Source of the DNA: an uncultured Chlorobiaceae bacterium
GTDB lineage: Bacteria > Bacteroidota > Ignavibacteria > UBA10030 > SZUA-254
Assembly: GCA_964410105.1 (NCBI GenBank)
Contig: CAYPFY010000003.1
Coordinates: 16,754 to 80,753, forward strand
DNA: 64,000 nucleotides
Direction of reading: 5' to 3'
Under the pieces are notes generated by a model. That model worked only from the letters and a program-made list of their open reading frames with translations. It made no database searches and was not told where the DNA came from. Shown one piece after another: positions 40,557 through 50,256 of this stretch. Numbering within the stretch: the first letter of the stretch is position 1; each line of letters opens with the position of its first letter. The position numbers and the translations under genes are program-made.

Positions 40557-41279
40557 GTGAAACGAGTACTCATCATTGAAGACGATACAGCGATTGCCAA
40601 CCTGGTGGAAATCCACCTCAAGGATTTGGAATGTGCTGTCGACAAGGTTGCTGACGGCGCCGAAGGGCTCACGAAGGCGTGGGCGGGACGGCATGACCTG
40701 ATCATTCTTGACCTTATGCTTCCCAGCATGAGCGGACTTGACGTCTGTAAAGAGATTCGATCTGTGAACAGGACTATTCCAATTCTCATGCTGACTGCTC
40801 GATCGGAGGAATTTGATCGTGTCCTCGGACTTGAATTAGGTGCCGACGATTACTTGACGAAACCGTTCAGTGTGCGTGAGCTCGTGGCTCGAGTTAAGGC
40901 GATCTTTCGCCGGGTTGAGGTTGCAAAGCAGGAGCAACAGCAAGGCGAGATGAACGCACTAACCATCGGAGAGATTGCAATTGATCCTCTCAAGCGACGA
41001 GTAACTCTGAAGGGTGAGAAGATCGAGCTGACCGCTAAAGAATTTGACCTGCTCCGAATCTTCATGCAGAATCCTGGCCGAACCTACTCTCGACAGGAGC
41101 TTCTGGACATCGTGTGGGGGTACCACTTCGACGGGTACGATCATACCGTGAACTCACACATCAACCGACTTCGGACAAAAATCGAAACAGATCCATCCAA
41201 GCCGAAGTACATTCTCACCGTCTGGGGCGTCGGATACCGATGCGCCGAAGTAGAAGAAATTGAGTTAGGAAATGCCTAG
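40557..41279 (+). CDS. OmpR-family response regulator (second copy, on the island)
   Basis: The protein contains RVLIIEDD, DLIILDLMLPSMSGLDV, LMLTARSEE and GADDYLTKPFSVRELVARV, plus a winged helix. It is divergent from the lipoprotein gene across a 178-bp intergenic region. Confidence 0.9.
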   Translation: MKRVLIIEDDTAIANLVEIHLKDLECAVDKVADGAEGLTKAWAGRHDLIILDLMLPSMSGLDVCKEIRSVNRTIPILMLTARSEEFDRVLGLELGADDYLTKPFSVRELVARVKAIFRRVEVAKQEQQQGEMNALTIGEIAIDPLKRRVTLKGEKIELTAKEFDLLRIFMQNPGRTYSRQELLDIVWGYHFDGYDHTVNSHINRLRTKIETDPSKPKYILTVWGVGYRCAEVEEIELGNA

Positions 41280-42735
41280 ACTCTTTTTCAAGAGTCTGTA
41301 CTGGAAGATTTCCGCCGTCTTCCTCCTGCTACTTCTCCTTCTCGGTATCGCCTTTAACTTTATCACGCTGTTCTCTACTGAAATGTACTTCCAGGAGGGA
41401 AATCAGCGGCTTCATCGTCGTTTTGCCAGCTTCGTTGCAGATTTATTACAATCGTACAGCAGTACCTCGCTTGACCAAGGTGAAATTCAAAAGGTGTTCG
41501 AACAGGTGAACAAGATGAATCCGAGCGTCGAGGTGTATCTCATCGATGAGCAGGGAACCATCCTCTACTCATCTACGCCGTTTGAGAACTTGAAGCTTCA
41601 TCAGATTGACATCCAACCCATTAAGAAATTTCTTGCTGTAGAAGGTAAACAATTTACGATGGGAGAAGATCCGAAAGGTATCCATAAAGAAAAGGTGTTC
41701 ACCGCCGCTCCGTTCGTCTTTCATGAGAAAAAGGGTGGCTACGTGTACGTGATTTTAGGCGGTGAGGAATATGATTCAGCTCTTCAGTTTATTCAACAAA
41801 ACTACATTCTCCGTCTCGGCGTTAAAACGCTCATCATCAGTTTGATTGCCGCAGCGATCATCGGCTTGCTGAGCATCGGATTCCTCACCCGTCGTTTATA
41901 CAGGTTGACAAAGGCAATGACTGAATTCAGTATCGGCAACTTTTCACAGCGGGTTTGTAACGTGAGCGATGATGAGATCGGCACAGCCGCACGCACATTC
42001 AATCAGATGGCAGAAATGATTCAACGGCATGTTGATGAGCTTGCGGCAATCGATTCGTTGCGTCGGGAACTTATTGCGAATGTTTCGCACGATCTCCGCA
42101 CCCCGTTGTCATCAATGCAGGGGTACGTTGAAACAGTGATTCTTAAAGACGCATCTCTTACGACCAGTGAGCGTCAAAAGTACCTTCAGACGATTCTTGA
42201 GAGCACGATCAAACTCAACGCGCTTGTGCAAGAATTATTTGAGTTGAGCAAACTCGATGCAAGGCAGACATTGCCAAAGCCGGAGTCATTCTCGCTCTCG
42301 GAACTCGTCCAAGATGTCGCGCAAAAGTTTCACCTGCGGGCGGAGAAGAATAATATTCAGATTGATACGTCTCTCCCCAACGATCTTCCGTTCGTTCGAG
42401 CAGATATTGGGATGATCGACCGAGTATTGCAGAACTTAATAGAAAACGCCATCAACTACACGGCAGCAAATGGACGCATAACCCTGCACGTAGCCCGCGT
42501 TGAGGACAAATTGCGCGTTGATATTGCCGATACAGGATGCGGTATTCCTGCGAGGGACCTTGCCAGCGTGTTTGACCGTTTTTACCGGGCCCGAAGTAAC
42601 CGCTCAGCCAATGATGGCACAGGTCTGGGGCTGGCGATTGTGAAGAAGATATTGACGCTCCACGGCGAGGATATTCACGTGGAGAGTCGTGAGCATGTTG
42701 GGACCAGATTCTACTTCACGTTACCATTGTCCTGA
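41272..42735 (+). CDS. sensor histidine kinase (second copy, on the island)
   Basis: Two transmembrane segments flank a periplasmic domain of about 150 aa. The H-box is VSHDLRTPLSSM. The N-box is LIENAINYTAANG. The G-boxes are ADTGCGIP and GTGLGLAIV. It overlaps the response regulator by 8 nt. Confidence 0.9.
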   Translation: MPRLFFKSLYWKISAVFLLLLLLLGIAFNFITLFSTEMYFQEGNQRLHRRFASFVADLLQSYSSTSLDQGEIQKVFEQVNKMNPSVEVYLIDEQGTILYSSTPFENLKLHQIDIQPIKKFLAVEGKQFTMGEDPKGIHKEKVFTAAPFVFHEKKGGYVYVILGGEEYDSALQFIQQNYILRLGVKTLIISLIAAAIIGLLSIGFLTRRLYRLTKAMTEFSIGNFSQRVCNVSDDEIGTAARTFNQMAEMIQRHVDELAAIDSLRRELIANVSHDLRTPLSSMQGYVETVILKDASLTTSERQKYLQTILESTIKLNALVQELFELSKLDARQTLPKPESFSLSELVQDVAQKFHLRAEKNNIQIDTSLPNDLPFVRADIGMIDRVLQNLIENAINYTAANGRITLHVARVEDKLRVDIADTGCGIPARDLASVFDRFYRARSNRSANDGTGLGLAIVKKILTLHGEDIHVESREHVGTRFYFTLPLS

Positions 42736-42764
42736 AATTTAACACGTTATGCCCTTCTGATATG

Positions 42765-42988
42765 CAGTCGCAAGATATTCAGAGCTAGTGTAGGCTCGAT
42801 TCAGCGGAAGAAGAGTTGTTAAGAATGGCAATTACGAAACTGGGGCTTTCCGCGCGAGCTTATGATTGCATTTTGAAGGTGGCACGCACCATTGCTGACC
42901 TCGCGGCTTCAACCGATATTCGTCCCGAGCATATTAACGAGGCACTACAGTCCAGAAGCGCGGACAGGAATTTGTGGCAGAGTGGATA
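42765..42988 (+). pseudogene. orphan 3' fragment of a comM/yifB gene, copy 2 (diverged direct repeat of copy 1)
   Basis: The fragment translates to ...EEELLRMAITKLGLSARAYDCILKVARTIADLAASTDIRPEHINEALQSRSADRNL, which is the same Mg_chelatase_C end as copy 1 in the same orientation. Identity to copy 1 is roughly 75% at the nucleotide level over about 215 bp. It begins about 30 nt after the histidine kinase stop. Confidence 0.5.
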
Positions 42989-43399
42989 GCGATCAGAACA
43001 GCAGCACTTGAAAGAAATTTGATTGACTAAGTTTTAGCATCATTCAGATTGACTGATACTTGTATTTCTTGAGTAAAGTGAACAAATTTGCACTCGTTTA
43101 TCGCATGAATCTCACCCCATTTTTCACATCGTGACAATTGAATTATGAAGTTCAGTGCTCGGAACAGATCATAAGGCAGGATCACTGCAGTTGAGGATCC
43201 TCAGCTCAAAGTCGGTGATACGGCTTAGGCCGTCATCAAATCTACGAAACTATTATCGGAAAGGATGGTCTCCCAATGTCCTCTTTCTGCCCTCGGAGAG
43301 TTGCTAATGTTGTTCAATGAGACAATGAGCCCGTGGATGGCTGATCCAGCGAAATAAGGAGTCAGTACACATCATTCGGTCGATTCCTGACTCGGTTAT

Positions 43400-45712
43400 T
43401 CACTCCATTCCTAACTTCCTCAAAAACACACCGTAGCGTGTGTCTGAGCGCAGATTTTTGAACCGCGGATCGACCTTGACCCATGGCAAGTGGTCGTCAC
43501 CCTCCTCAATTCCCTTGTTGAGATATTCGAATGCTTTGTCATTATCCCCCGCCCGTGCATACAATACGGAAAGTGTCCAGGGATAGTGGTAGCCCTCCTT
43601 CTCGAGATAAAGCTCGATAGACTTCAGCACAAATCCATTCCAGCCCGAATGTGAGAACGCACGTCGCAGTTCCACTGTGTCAGCAGGACTTGACCAGAAT
43701 TCTGATCCGGCGAGGTAGTGAGAAACGGCTTTGTCATAAAACCCTTTCTGTTCATCAATCAGTCCTGATAGCCAGACCCAGGGTGTGACCTGCAGCTGTT
43801 CAAGGGCAAGATCACTCCGACCTAAATGGAAGTACGAGAGCGCCAACTGCTGACCTAAAAGATTTGACAGCGGATCACGCTGGTAGGCAAGCCTATTCTG
43901 CTTGATCGCCTCCTCGAACCGTCCCATCGCGAGCAGGGCATAAGCGTATTCCATGTAAGACCACGCGTATCCGGGGTTAAGTTCGATGGCCTTTCTGAAT
44001 TCACTCTCGCCATCTGCAAACTTCCAATCGGAAAACACCTTTACATAGCCGAGCGGGCCATGCGCCTCACCGAGGGAACTGTCTATCTCCAGAGCTTTTG
44101 TTGCAGCCGCCCGTATCTTCGGTACTGCCTCCCTCGCGGGCATCAGTTCACCGGAGACTAGAAGGTATGCTTCAGCAAGTCCAACGTACGCTGAGGCATA
44201 TGATGGGTCTATCTCGATTGCCTTTTGGAAAAATTCTACTCCTTTGCTAGATCCGTTTGGCCCCGTGCAATTAATTTCATAGCGACCTTTCAGATAGAAT
44301 TGGTACGCTTCAGTGTTCTCAGTATAACGTCTGGTGAGCTTTTGCCGCTCTTCGCCGGTCAACCTCACCCTCAAATTCTGCAGAATATTGTTCGCAATTT
44401 CCTCTTGAACAGAAAAGATATCGGCAAGCTTTCGGTTGTAGTGATCTCCCCAGATCTGACTCTTGTCATGGGTGTCCACAAGTTCGGTCTTGATTGAAAT
44501 CTCGTCCCCTCGGCTGAGAACTCTGCTCATCAGCACGGCACGGACGCCGTTTAAATCCTTGCTGACTGCCTGCGGGTCAATCAGCCGGTGCTTGTATCCT
44601 ATCACGGAGCTGAACGCCGTCACCCTCACATTGGGCAATCGAGAAAGATTGTCAATGATGCTTTCTGCAACTCCATCGCTGAAGTACTCGAGGGTTGTAT
44701 CCGCGCTCTCATTGACGAACGGCAATACTGCAAGATCGATCCCATAAGAGTGTCGTGGAAATAAGAACAAGCTTATGGCAGCAACCAACACAGCGAGACC
44801 GATTCCCCCAACATATAGGTGACTTCGCTTTACCCGATAGATCATTGCCCTGATCGGATGGAGTTTCAGGGTGGAAGTCTCAAGCTCCGTCGCAATCTTC
44901 TTGAGGTCCGTGATCATATCCTGAATTCGTTGGTATCGATTGCGAGCGTTCCGCTGCATTGCTCTACCGGCAATCCCGACCAATTTCAACGGGACCTCCG
45001 GACGGACCTTTAGAATCGGCACTGGGTCGTCGTGGAGGATCTGGTAGATGATCGCCTGCTCATATTCGCCGGGAAACGGAAGCTTTCCGGTCATCATCTC
45101 ATACATCATGACGCCGAGCGACCAGATGTCGGTCCGCTGATCGACCTCCTCGCCGCGCGCTTGCTCGGGTGACATATATATGACCGTCCCGACAATCGAA
45201 CCGAATTTGGTGAGACGTGTTTGACCGGAGAATCTAGCGATTCCGAAATCGAGAATTTTCACGACGCCATCGCCGGTCACTATGATATTTTGAGGCTTGA
45301 TGTCACGGTGGATGATGCCGGACTGATGCGCCTTTGATAATCCTTGCGAGATCTGAATCCCGATTTCGACGGCTTCCTTTACGTCAAGAGGGCCCCGGGC
45401 GATTTTCTTTGCGAGCGTCTCACCTTCATAGTATGCCATGCTGATGAACAATTGCCCCGGCCCTTCGGGACCATGTTCGGTCTCCCCGATTTCATAGATT
45501 GTGCAGATGTTCGGATGGTCAAGTGCTCGCGCCGCCCGCGCCTCGTGAATGAACCGTTCTCTTGCTTCCGGATCGGCTGTGACGTCTCTCGGCAGAAACT
45601 TCAGCGCAACAGGGCTCTTAAGTCTTGAGTCCTCCGCCTTGTAAACTATGCCCATCCCGGCTTCGCCGAGTTTTTCCACAATCCTATAGTGCGAGATTGT
45701 TGAGCCGATCAT
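43400..45712 (-). CDS. transmembrane Ser/Thr protein kinase with an extracytoplasmic TolB-N-like module and TPR repeats
   Basis: The N-terminal Hanks kinase has GxGxxG-like YRIVEKLGEAGMGIVYKA, catalytic HRDIKPQNII, DFGIA and the activation-loop GTVIYMSPE. A transmembrane helix at about aa 300 is followed by LPFVNESADTTLEYFSDGVAESIIDNLS and then several TPR-like repeats (AYVGLAEAYLL..., EAIKQNRLAYQRDP...). Confidence 0.85.
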   Translation of the reverse strand: MIGSTISHYRIVEKLGEAGMGIVYKAEDSRLKSPVALKFLPRDVTADPEARERFIHEARAARALDHPNICTIYEIGETEHGPEGPGQLFISMAYYEGETLAKKIARGPLDVKEAVEIGIQISQGLSKAHQSGIIHRDIKPQNIIVTGDGVVKILDFGIARFSGQTRLTKFGSIVGTVIYMSPEQARGEEVDQRTDIWSLGVMMYEMMTGKLPFPGEYEQAIIYQILHDDPVPILKVRPEVPLKLVGIAGRAMQRNARNRYQRIQDMITDLKKIATELETSTLKLHPIRAMIYRVKRSHLYVGGIGLAVLVAAISLFLFPRHSYGIDLAVLPFVNESADTTLEYFSDGVAESIIDNLSRLPNVRVTAFSSVIGYKHRLIDPQAVSKDLNGVRAVLMSRVLSRGDEISIKTELVDTHDKSQIWGDHYNRKLADIFSVQEEIANNILQNLRVRLTGEERQKLTRRYTENTEAYQFYLKGRYEINCTGPNGSSKGVEFFQKAIEIDPSYASAYVGLAEAYLLVSGELMPAREAVPKIRAAATKALEIDSSLGEAHGPLGYVKVFSDWKFADGESEFRKAIELNPGYAWSYMEYAYALLAMGRFEEAIKQNRLAYQRDPLSNLLGQQLALSYFHLGRSDLALEQLQVTPWVWLSGLIDEQKGFYDKAVSHYLAGSEFWSSPADTVELRRAFSHSGWNGFVLKSIELYLEKEGYHYPWTLSVLYARAGDNDKAFEYLNKGIEEGDDHLPWVKVDPRFKNLRSDTRYGVFLRKLGME

Positions 45713-46225
45713 AGGGGTGCATTCACCAGCCGATTTTTTGAGTGTTCCGTTTTTTCACGTACTGATCACGCCCGGAAATTCAGTCGATAAGAGTATGACA
45801 CAACTGAGCAATCTGTTGGTTCATTCCCACATGACTTCTTCGGGCATTTGTCAAGGAAACGATTACAGGATAAGCGGATGATTGACGCGCTCCACGTGAG
45901 ATGGTTTATTGGGATATGGGTTGGCCGATCGTGATTCTCCTCTACCCCCGAAAATCGAGAATCGAAATGAACGAAACGACTGAAACTAAGAAGAATATAT
46001 CTGATTGTCAAAACTAACAACTCGTGATCGAAAAACCAACGAAGTTTGTCCGCGGGCAGTGACTTTGCGAACATGGCCGACGATGGACGATAGCACCGAT
46101 CGAGGCCGGATCCAGGGGCTTTTGTGCCATGAAGGTGACATGGCAAGAAGGCACCAGACCCTTCCTCTTTCGCTCTCGTTCGCTACGGGGAACTGAAGGC
46201 GCCCGCACGCGGGATCGCCCTGTAA

Positions 46226-49147
46226 TTGCATGTTTCTGGCCCATTCGATAAATTGACATCGAAGGTCTCGTTCCCTTCTCACTTTTTCCCTTGGAAAACT
46301 TTGGAAACGCTCGTCGTCAAGGGCGCCCGCGTCCATAATCTGAAAAATATCGACGTGGAGATGCCCCGCGATAAACTGATAGTCATCACGGGCCTCTCCG
46401 GCTCCGGCAAATCGAGTCTTGCGTTCGATACGATTTACGCCGAGGGGCAGAGACGGTATGTCGAAAGCCTCTCCGCGTACGCCCGCCAGTTTCTCGGCCT
46501 CATGGAAAGGCCCGATGTCGATAAAATCGAGGGGTTGAGCCCCGCGATATCGATAGAGCAAAAGTCGGTCTCCCATAACCCCCGCTCCACAGTCGGTACC
46601 GTCACCGAGATCTACGACTACCTGAGACTCCTTTTTGCCCGGGTCGGGATCCAGCATTGTTACAATTGCGGCCGGAGAGTCCAGAGGCAATCAGTCGACC
46701 AGATCATCGATGCCGTCATGTCGTACTCTTCCGGCTCGAAGATCCACATCCTTGCGCCCGTCATCCGGGGGCGAAAAGGCCATTACCGTGAACTTTTTGA
46801 GGAAATCCTTCGGGAAGGCTTCCTTCGCGCGAGGGTCGACGGCGAGATCAGAGAGATTTCGCGGGGGATGCAGGTCGACCGCTATAAGGTGCATAATATC
46901 GAGATCGTCGTGGATCGGCTCTCCGTGAAGGGAGATATGCGCAGCCGCATTGCTGATTCCATCGAAACAGCTCTCCGGATGGGGTCCGGGCTGGTCATCA
47001 TCGACTCCGGAGCCAAGGAACAGCTTTTCAGCCAGCATCTCGCCTGCCTCTACTGCGGGATAAGCTATGATGAGCCCGCTCCGAATTCTTTTTCGTTCAA
47101 TTCGCCCTATGGCTCATGCCCTTCCTGCAGCGGGCTCGGCGAAACAAAGGAGTTCGATCTGGACCTCATCATGCCGAACCGCTCACTTTCCATTAACCAG
47201 GAGGGGCTCGCTCCGCTCGGAAAGCCGCGCGACACATGGCTCTGGCGACAGGTCCGGGCGGTGGCTTCAAGATTCCAGGCGGATCTCGACCAACCCCTTT
47301 CCCAGCTTCCAAAGAACTTTGTCGATGTCCTCATCAAAGGGGGAGGGAATGAAAAATTCGACATTCGTTACACCTACTCGACGGGCCGCATCGCCACGTA
47401 CCGGCAGCGGTTCGAGGGTCTGCTGAAGATGCTGAAGCATTACTACGACCAGACCTCCTCCGAGGGAATCCGGCAATGGGTGGAGTCTTATATGCGCACG
47501 AAAGCCTGTCCCCTGTGCGGGGGAGGACGGTTGCGCCGCGAGAGCCTCGCCGTCCGCCTTGTCGACTCCGAAACCGCCCGTGAAGTCAATATCCGCGATC
47601 TGGTGCAATTCTCAATCCGGGAGGCTTTCGGTTTTTTCTCACAACTGCACCTGAGCGCCCGCCAGATGGAGATCGCCCGGCAGGTTTTGAAGGAAATAAC
47701 GCAGCGGCTCGGTTTTCTCCTCAACGTCGGCCTCGATTACCTCACGCTTGACCGCTCCGCGCGCACCCTTTCCGGAGGAGAAGCGCAGCGCATACGGCTT
47801 GCCACCCAGATCGGCTCACGCCTCGTCGGCGTCCTCTACATCCTCGACGAACCGAGCATCGGACTTCACCAGCGGGATAACGTGAAGCTGATCGACAGCC
47901 TCAAGGAGCTGAGGGATATGGGTAACACGGTCATCGTCGTCGAGCATGACAGGGAGATGATCCGCTCCGCCGATTACCTTGTCGACCTCGGACCCGGCGC
48001 CGGCGAACACGGAGGCCATGTCGTCGCGACAGGGAAACCCTCCCGGCTCCGGATGGGAAAATATGACGGCGCTTCGTCGTCGACTGCCGAATATATAACC
48101 GGGAAGAGAATCATCGAACTTCCCAGGAGCCGGCGGGACGGTTCGGGCAATGTCATTAGGCTCCGGGGTGCCCGGGGGAATAACCTGAAATCGGTGACGC
48201 TCGCGGTCCCCCTGGGAAAATTCGTGTGCATCACGGGGGTGAGCGGCTCGGGGAAATCGACGCTTATTTCAGAAACCCTTTACCGGATTTTGTCCAGAAA
48301 GTTTTATAAGTCAAAAGACGTCCCGCTCCCCTACGGTTCCATTGACGGCCTCGCCTATGTCGACAAGGTGATAGAGATCGACCAGTCCCCCATCGGACGT
48401 ACTCCCCGCTCAAACCCGGCGACTTATACCGGCTTATTCACGTATATCCGGGATCTCTATGCGCAACTTCCCGAGGCGAAGATACGGGGCTATAAGGTGG
48501 GCCGGTTCAGCTTCAACGTGAAGGGGGGACGCTGCGAAGAATGCCAGGGGGACGGAGTCCGGAAAATTGAAATGAATTTCCTGCCCGACGTCTATGTCCT
48601 CTGCGAAGTCTGCAAGGGAAAAAGATATAACAGGGAGACGCTCGAGATTCTGTTCAAATCGAAATCCATCGCAGATGTTTTGAATATGACCGTCGAGGAG
48701 GCCGTCACTTTTTTCAGCGAAATCCCCCGCCTCCGCCGAAAGCTCGAAACCCTGCGAGATGTCGGCCTCGGTTATATCAGGCTCGGCCAGCAGGCAACAA
48801 CCCTCTCCGGCGGGGAAGCCCAGAGGGTCAAACTCTCAACAGAACTCTCCAAGGTGGGGACCGGAAAAACTCTCTATATCCTTGATGAGCCCACGACCGG
48901 GCTTCATTTTGAGGATATCCGGATGCTCCTCTCGGTTCTGAATAAGCTCGTCGATAAGGGAAATACCGTCGTCGTCACCGAGCATAATCTCGACGTGATC
49001 AAGACGGCCGACTGGATCATCGACCTGGGACCGGAAGGGGGGAAGGAGGGGGGTGAAATCATCGCCGAGGGAACTCCAGAAGCGGTTGCCAGGAACCGAC
49101 GCTCCTATACGGGGATGTTTCTGAAGGGGGAATTGAAACTCTCGTAG
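46226..49147 (+). CDS. uvrA: excinuclease ABC subunit A
   Basis: Two ABC ATPase modules are present ([12 protein letters not shown] and [11 protein letters not shown]) with zinc-finger Cys clusters. The probable true start is the in-frame TTG at about 46301 ([31 protein letters not shown]...), matching canonical UvrA N-termini. The 25 residues upstream of it are non-homologous. Confidence 0.9.
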   Translation: MHVSGPFDKLTSKVSFPSHFFPWKTLETLVVKGARVHNLKNIDVEMPRDKLIVITGLSGSGKSSLAFDTIYAEGQRRYVESLSAYARQFLGLMERPDVDKIEGLSPAISIEQKSVSHNPRSTVGTVTEIYDYLRLLFARVGIQHCYNCGRRVQRQSVDQIIDAVMSYSSGSKIHILAPVIRGRKGHYRELFEEILREGFLRARVDGEIREISRGMQVDRYKVHNIEIVVDRLSVKGDMRSRIADSIETALRMGSGLVIIDSGAKEQLFSQHLACLYCGISYDEPAPNSFSFNSPYGSCPSCSGLGETKEFDLDLIMPNRSLSINQEGLAPLGKPRDTWLWRQVRAVASRFQADLDQPLSQLPKNFVDVLIKGGGNEKFDIRYTYSTGRIATYRQRFEGLLKMLKHYYDQTSSEGIRQWVESYMRTKACPLCGGGRLRRESLAVRLVDSETAREVNIRDLVQFSIREAFGFFSQLHLSARQMEIARQVLKEITQRLGFLLNVGLDYLTLDRSARTLSGGEAQRIRLATQIGSRLVGVLYILDEPSIGLHQRDNVKLIDSLKELRDMGNTVIVVEHDREMIRSADYLVDLGPGAGEHGGHVVATGKPSRLRMGKYDGASSSTAEYITGKRIIELPRSRRDGSGNVIRLRGARGNNLKSVTLAVPLGKFVCITGVSGSGKSTLISETLYRILSRKFYKSKDVPLPYGSIDGLAYVDKVIEIDQSPIGRTPRSNPATYTGLFTYIRDLYAQLPEAKIRGYKVGRFSFNVKGGRCEECQGDGVRKIEMNFLPDVYVLCEVCKGKRYNRETLEILFKSKSIADVLNMTVEEAVTFFSEIPRLRRKLETLRDVGLGYIRLGQQATTLSGGEAQRVKLSTELSKVGTGKTLYILDEPTTGLHFEDIRMLLSVLNKLVDKGNTVVVTEHNLDVIKTADWIIDLGPEGGKEGGEIIAEGTPEAVARNRRSYTGMFLKGELKLS

Positions 49148-49159
49148 GAAATCCCTACC

Positions 49160-50212
49160 TTGCCGAAACCTACCATGGCGGGTTTCTCACAGAAAGATAA
49201 AACACGCCTCATCCCGGTTTTCAAGGCAATCCTGACCGGCGCATACACCCCGCTCGACCTGCGGGAATTCGTCCTTCTTTGTCACGATCTCGCTCTTCCT
49301 TTTCTTCGGAAAAAGATTCATCAGGGCAAGCTTAACCTCGCCTCGATCCGTCTCAATGAACATGATGCGGTCTATGATTGCCTCGCCGACCTTTTCGCAC
49401 GCGATGATCAGGGGAATTTCCAGTCCATCCGTAAGTTTTTCGACGCTCAGCTTCCCGATTGGGAATCCGGCGATGCCGATGGCCTCATCGTCACCCTCCG
49501 CCATCTCGTCTTCGCCAAGATTAATAACGGCATCATCAGGCTTTATTCCGAGGCGGATCCCGCGCTCGGAAAAATTCTCAGGAACATGAAGAAAGCGCTG
49601 GAAACCAGGTCACTGTTCGAGCAGACGACGAGATTCGGCGATGTCTTCCTCGTCCCTGCCGGAGCCGACCCGCTCTTTCATCTGCCCCCCCTGGCACCAG
49701 ATCAGATCCAGCGTGCCTTCTCTCTCGCCGTTCTTTTGCACGACAATGTCCCGACGATGCTCTCCAAACTCCGGTCCGTCCTCATCGACCAGAACGATTG
49801 CCAGAGATCGGTACTTATGATGACCGCAGCCCTGATGTTCAAGGAAATCTATGAGTTGGGCGGGGAGGAGGCGTCCCAACCCAACGTTGCTGAGGAACGC
49901 CTGGAGAGAGAGCGTCTGGGCAAAATTATCACAAAAATTCGGGGGGAAATGTGGGCCGAACTGCATCCAGGCTATGTCGGGAAGGGGAAGTGCAGCGAGG
50001 AGATTTTTGCAAAATACCTGGACGCCATGGATGATATACTCCAGGGGTTTCTCGCCGATGATAATCCGGACGGATTTACTTTTTACGAGCATCTGAGGGC
50101 AAAAATGCCCGAGCTCACTCCCGGGGAGTACAGGAAAAATCACCGGATCACGCTTGAATATTTTGCCAAGGTCGGCCGGGAACGCATCCGAAAGGAACTG
50201 AAATCTGAGTGA
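49160..50212 (+). CDS. hypothetical protein (no recognisable domain), first gene of the FG-GAP/anti-sigma-like module
   Basis: 350 aa, predicted soluble and helical. It starts 13 nt after uvrA. No sigma-70 region 2 or region 4 signature could be identified by eye. Confidence 0.5.
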   Translation: MPKPTMAGFSQKDKTRLIPVFKAILTGAYTPLDLREFVLLCHDLALPFLRKKIHQGKLNLASIRLNEHDAVYDCLADLFARDDQGNFQSIRKFFDAQLPDWESGDADGLIVTLRHLVFAKINNGIIRLYSEADPALGKILRNMKKALETRSLFEQTTRFGDVFLVPAGADPLFHLPPLAPDQIQRAFSLAVLLHDNVPTMLSKLRSVLIDQNDCQRSVLMMTAALMFKEIYELGGEEASQPNVAEERLERERLGKIITKIRGEMWAELHPGYVGKGKCSEEIFAKYLDAMDDILQGFLADDNPDGFTFYEHLRAKMPELTPGEYRKNHRITLEYFAKVGRERIRKELKSE

Positions 50213-50256
50213 TCTCCGTTGCCATTGTCACCGGTTAGTTTACTGATAAAGCGCAT

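Noticed and set aside
45766-46146. 126-aa ORF in the AT-rich spacer upstream of uvrA
   Set aside because: It has no RBS, an odd composition and no recognisable motifs. It lies in the long non-coding spacer at the island's right edge.
38380-46230. Integrase, transposase, tRNA or CRISPR features that would define the lower-GC region as a classical mobile element
   Set aside because: None was found on either strand. The only ORFs are the pseudogene, comM fragments, lipoprotein, TCS and kinase. The intergenic regions have no tRNA-like T-arm (GGTTCGAATCC-type) sequences and no regularly spaced repeats.
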